DNA of 20,379 nucleotides from positions 33,722,313-33,742,691 of the forward strand of contig NC_086380.1 of NCBI RefSeq assembly GCF_036588685.1, given 5' to 3'. Position numbers and translations under genes: made by a program. The notes beneath the pieces were generated by a model. It was not told where the DNA came from. It saw nothing but the letters and a program-made list of their open reading frames with translations, and did no database searches. Positions 19,712-20,379 of the stretch are shown piece by piece; within the stretch, counting starts at the first letter, position 1, and each line of letters begins with the position of its first letter. The stretch is from Mytilus trossulus. Lineage: Eukaryota.

Positions 19712-19880
19712 GTATTTATTTAAGAATTGAATGCTTCTTTTTGTAAATTTATTGGGGTGTAAAAGCGTTGACCGAAGTACATTTTGTATGAAGCGCGGAA
19801 GCGCTTCATTCTAAAAATGTACACACGGTCAACGCTTTTACAACCCTATAAAGTTACAAAAAGAAGCATTCAATACTTAT
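19712..19880. repeat. Near-perfect palindrome of about 160 bp (foldback or MITE-like). Arms are about 78 bp, and the centre gaagcgc-ggaa-gcgcttc is at about 19798.
   Basis: Left arm: taagaattgaatgcttctttttgtaaatttattggggtgtaaaagcgttgaccgaagtacattttgtatgaagcgc. Reverse complement of the right arm: ataagtattgaatgcttctttttgtaactttatagggttgtaaaagcgttgaccgtgtgtacatttttagaatgaagcgc. Confidence 0.8.
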
Positions 19881-20379
19881 AATTACATTTTTTAGCTAGG
19901 ATTATAAAAACACGATTTTCATGAAGTTTAATTTTTAAATTCACCTGTGCACTTTATTGTGCGACCTCGTGTCATCATGAATGAAATGTTATTGTCTCAT
20001 GCAATTGCTTACGGAATAACATGTGATGTGCAATTAGCCAATAAGAATAACGTATTATAATGACACATACATCTAATGTAATTATTTTTGCATTGAAAGG
20101 CTTGAAACTATGAATTAATTCGAATAAAAGTCGATTAAATAAACACTATTTCAATCATATTATATTAGGTTCAATTCTTAAAAAAAATAAGTGTAATTTT
20201 ACCATTTAATTCTTCTTTGAAAGTCGGCATTATATTTATAATTTTATTTAAAATAAATTATCAAAGCCAACTTTTTGGGTACAAAAGCGTCTCTCAGTGA
20301 CCACGTGAATTTTAAAATTAAGAATGTTTCTGATTTACGGCATGGTCATAATTATGAGTCAACAATTGTAACAAGACAA

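Overview
This is an AT-rich window (roughly two-thirds A+T) with no long open reading frame; every six-frame ORF is under 130 aa. Read by eye, it looks like eukaryotic (probably invertebrate) repeat-rich intergenic or heterochromatin-like DNA rather than a prokaryotic locus. I see no operon, rRNA, bona fide tRNA or CRISPR array. The content is decayed retroelement pieces, tandem repeats and inverted-repeat structures.

Retroelement remnants: (a) a minus-strand non-LTR (CR1/L2-like) LINE ORF2 pseudogene at about 7900-9250, with a recognisable YADD reverse-transcriptase (RT) motif, an LKVNVTKT motif and a Trp-rich C-terminal tail; (b) a second minus-strand RT fragment at 13346-13635 with a GVRPGENLSHLIF motif block. 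A 53-bp piece of the first LINE is copied in + orientation at 9855-9907.

Tandem repeats: 38-bp x about 9 at 216-560; about 900-bp x 2 at 654-2470; G-rich 80-90-bp x 2.5 at 3484-3693; 34-bp x 4 at 5563-5698; 177-bp x 2 at 6346-6725; about 170-bp x 7 satellite at 13725-14900; 109-bp x 2 at 16544-16761; 137-bp x 2 at 17652-17915; and a dense array of palindromic GATA-type motifs at 17750-18150.

The most unusual region is 9855-13700. Two inverted G-rich/C-rich boxes are each flanked on the outside by an RT-gene fragment in opposite orientation. On the inside each is flanked by 30-bp AATAACAGATAACA repeats in the same orientation. A 122-bp palindrome built from RT sequence sits at 13577-13699, directly abutting the 170-bp satellite. 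Inside this region are two mutually incompatible MITE-like candidates: a hAT-like one with a perfect 8-bp flanking direct repeat, and a 48-bp TIR pair.

Separately, a near-perfect palindrome of about 160 bp lies at 19712-19880.

All calls rest on reading the sequence by eye. No searches were run, and all coordinates are approximate to a few bp.
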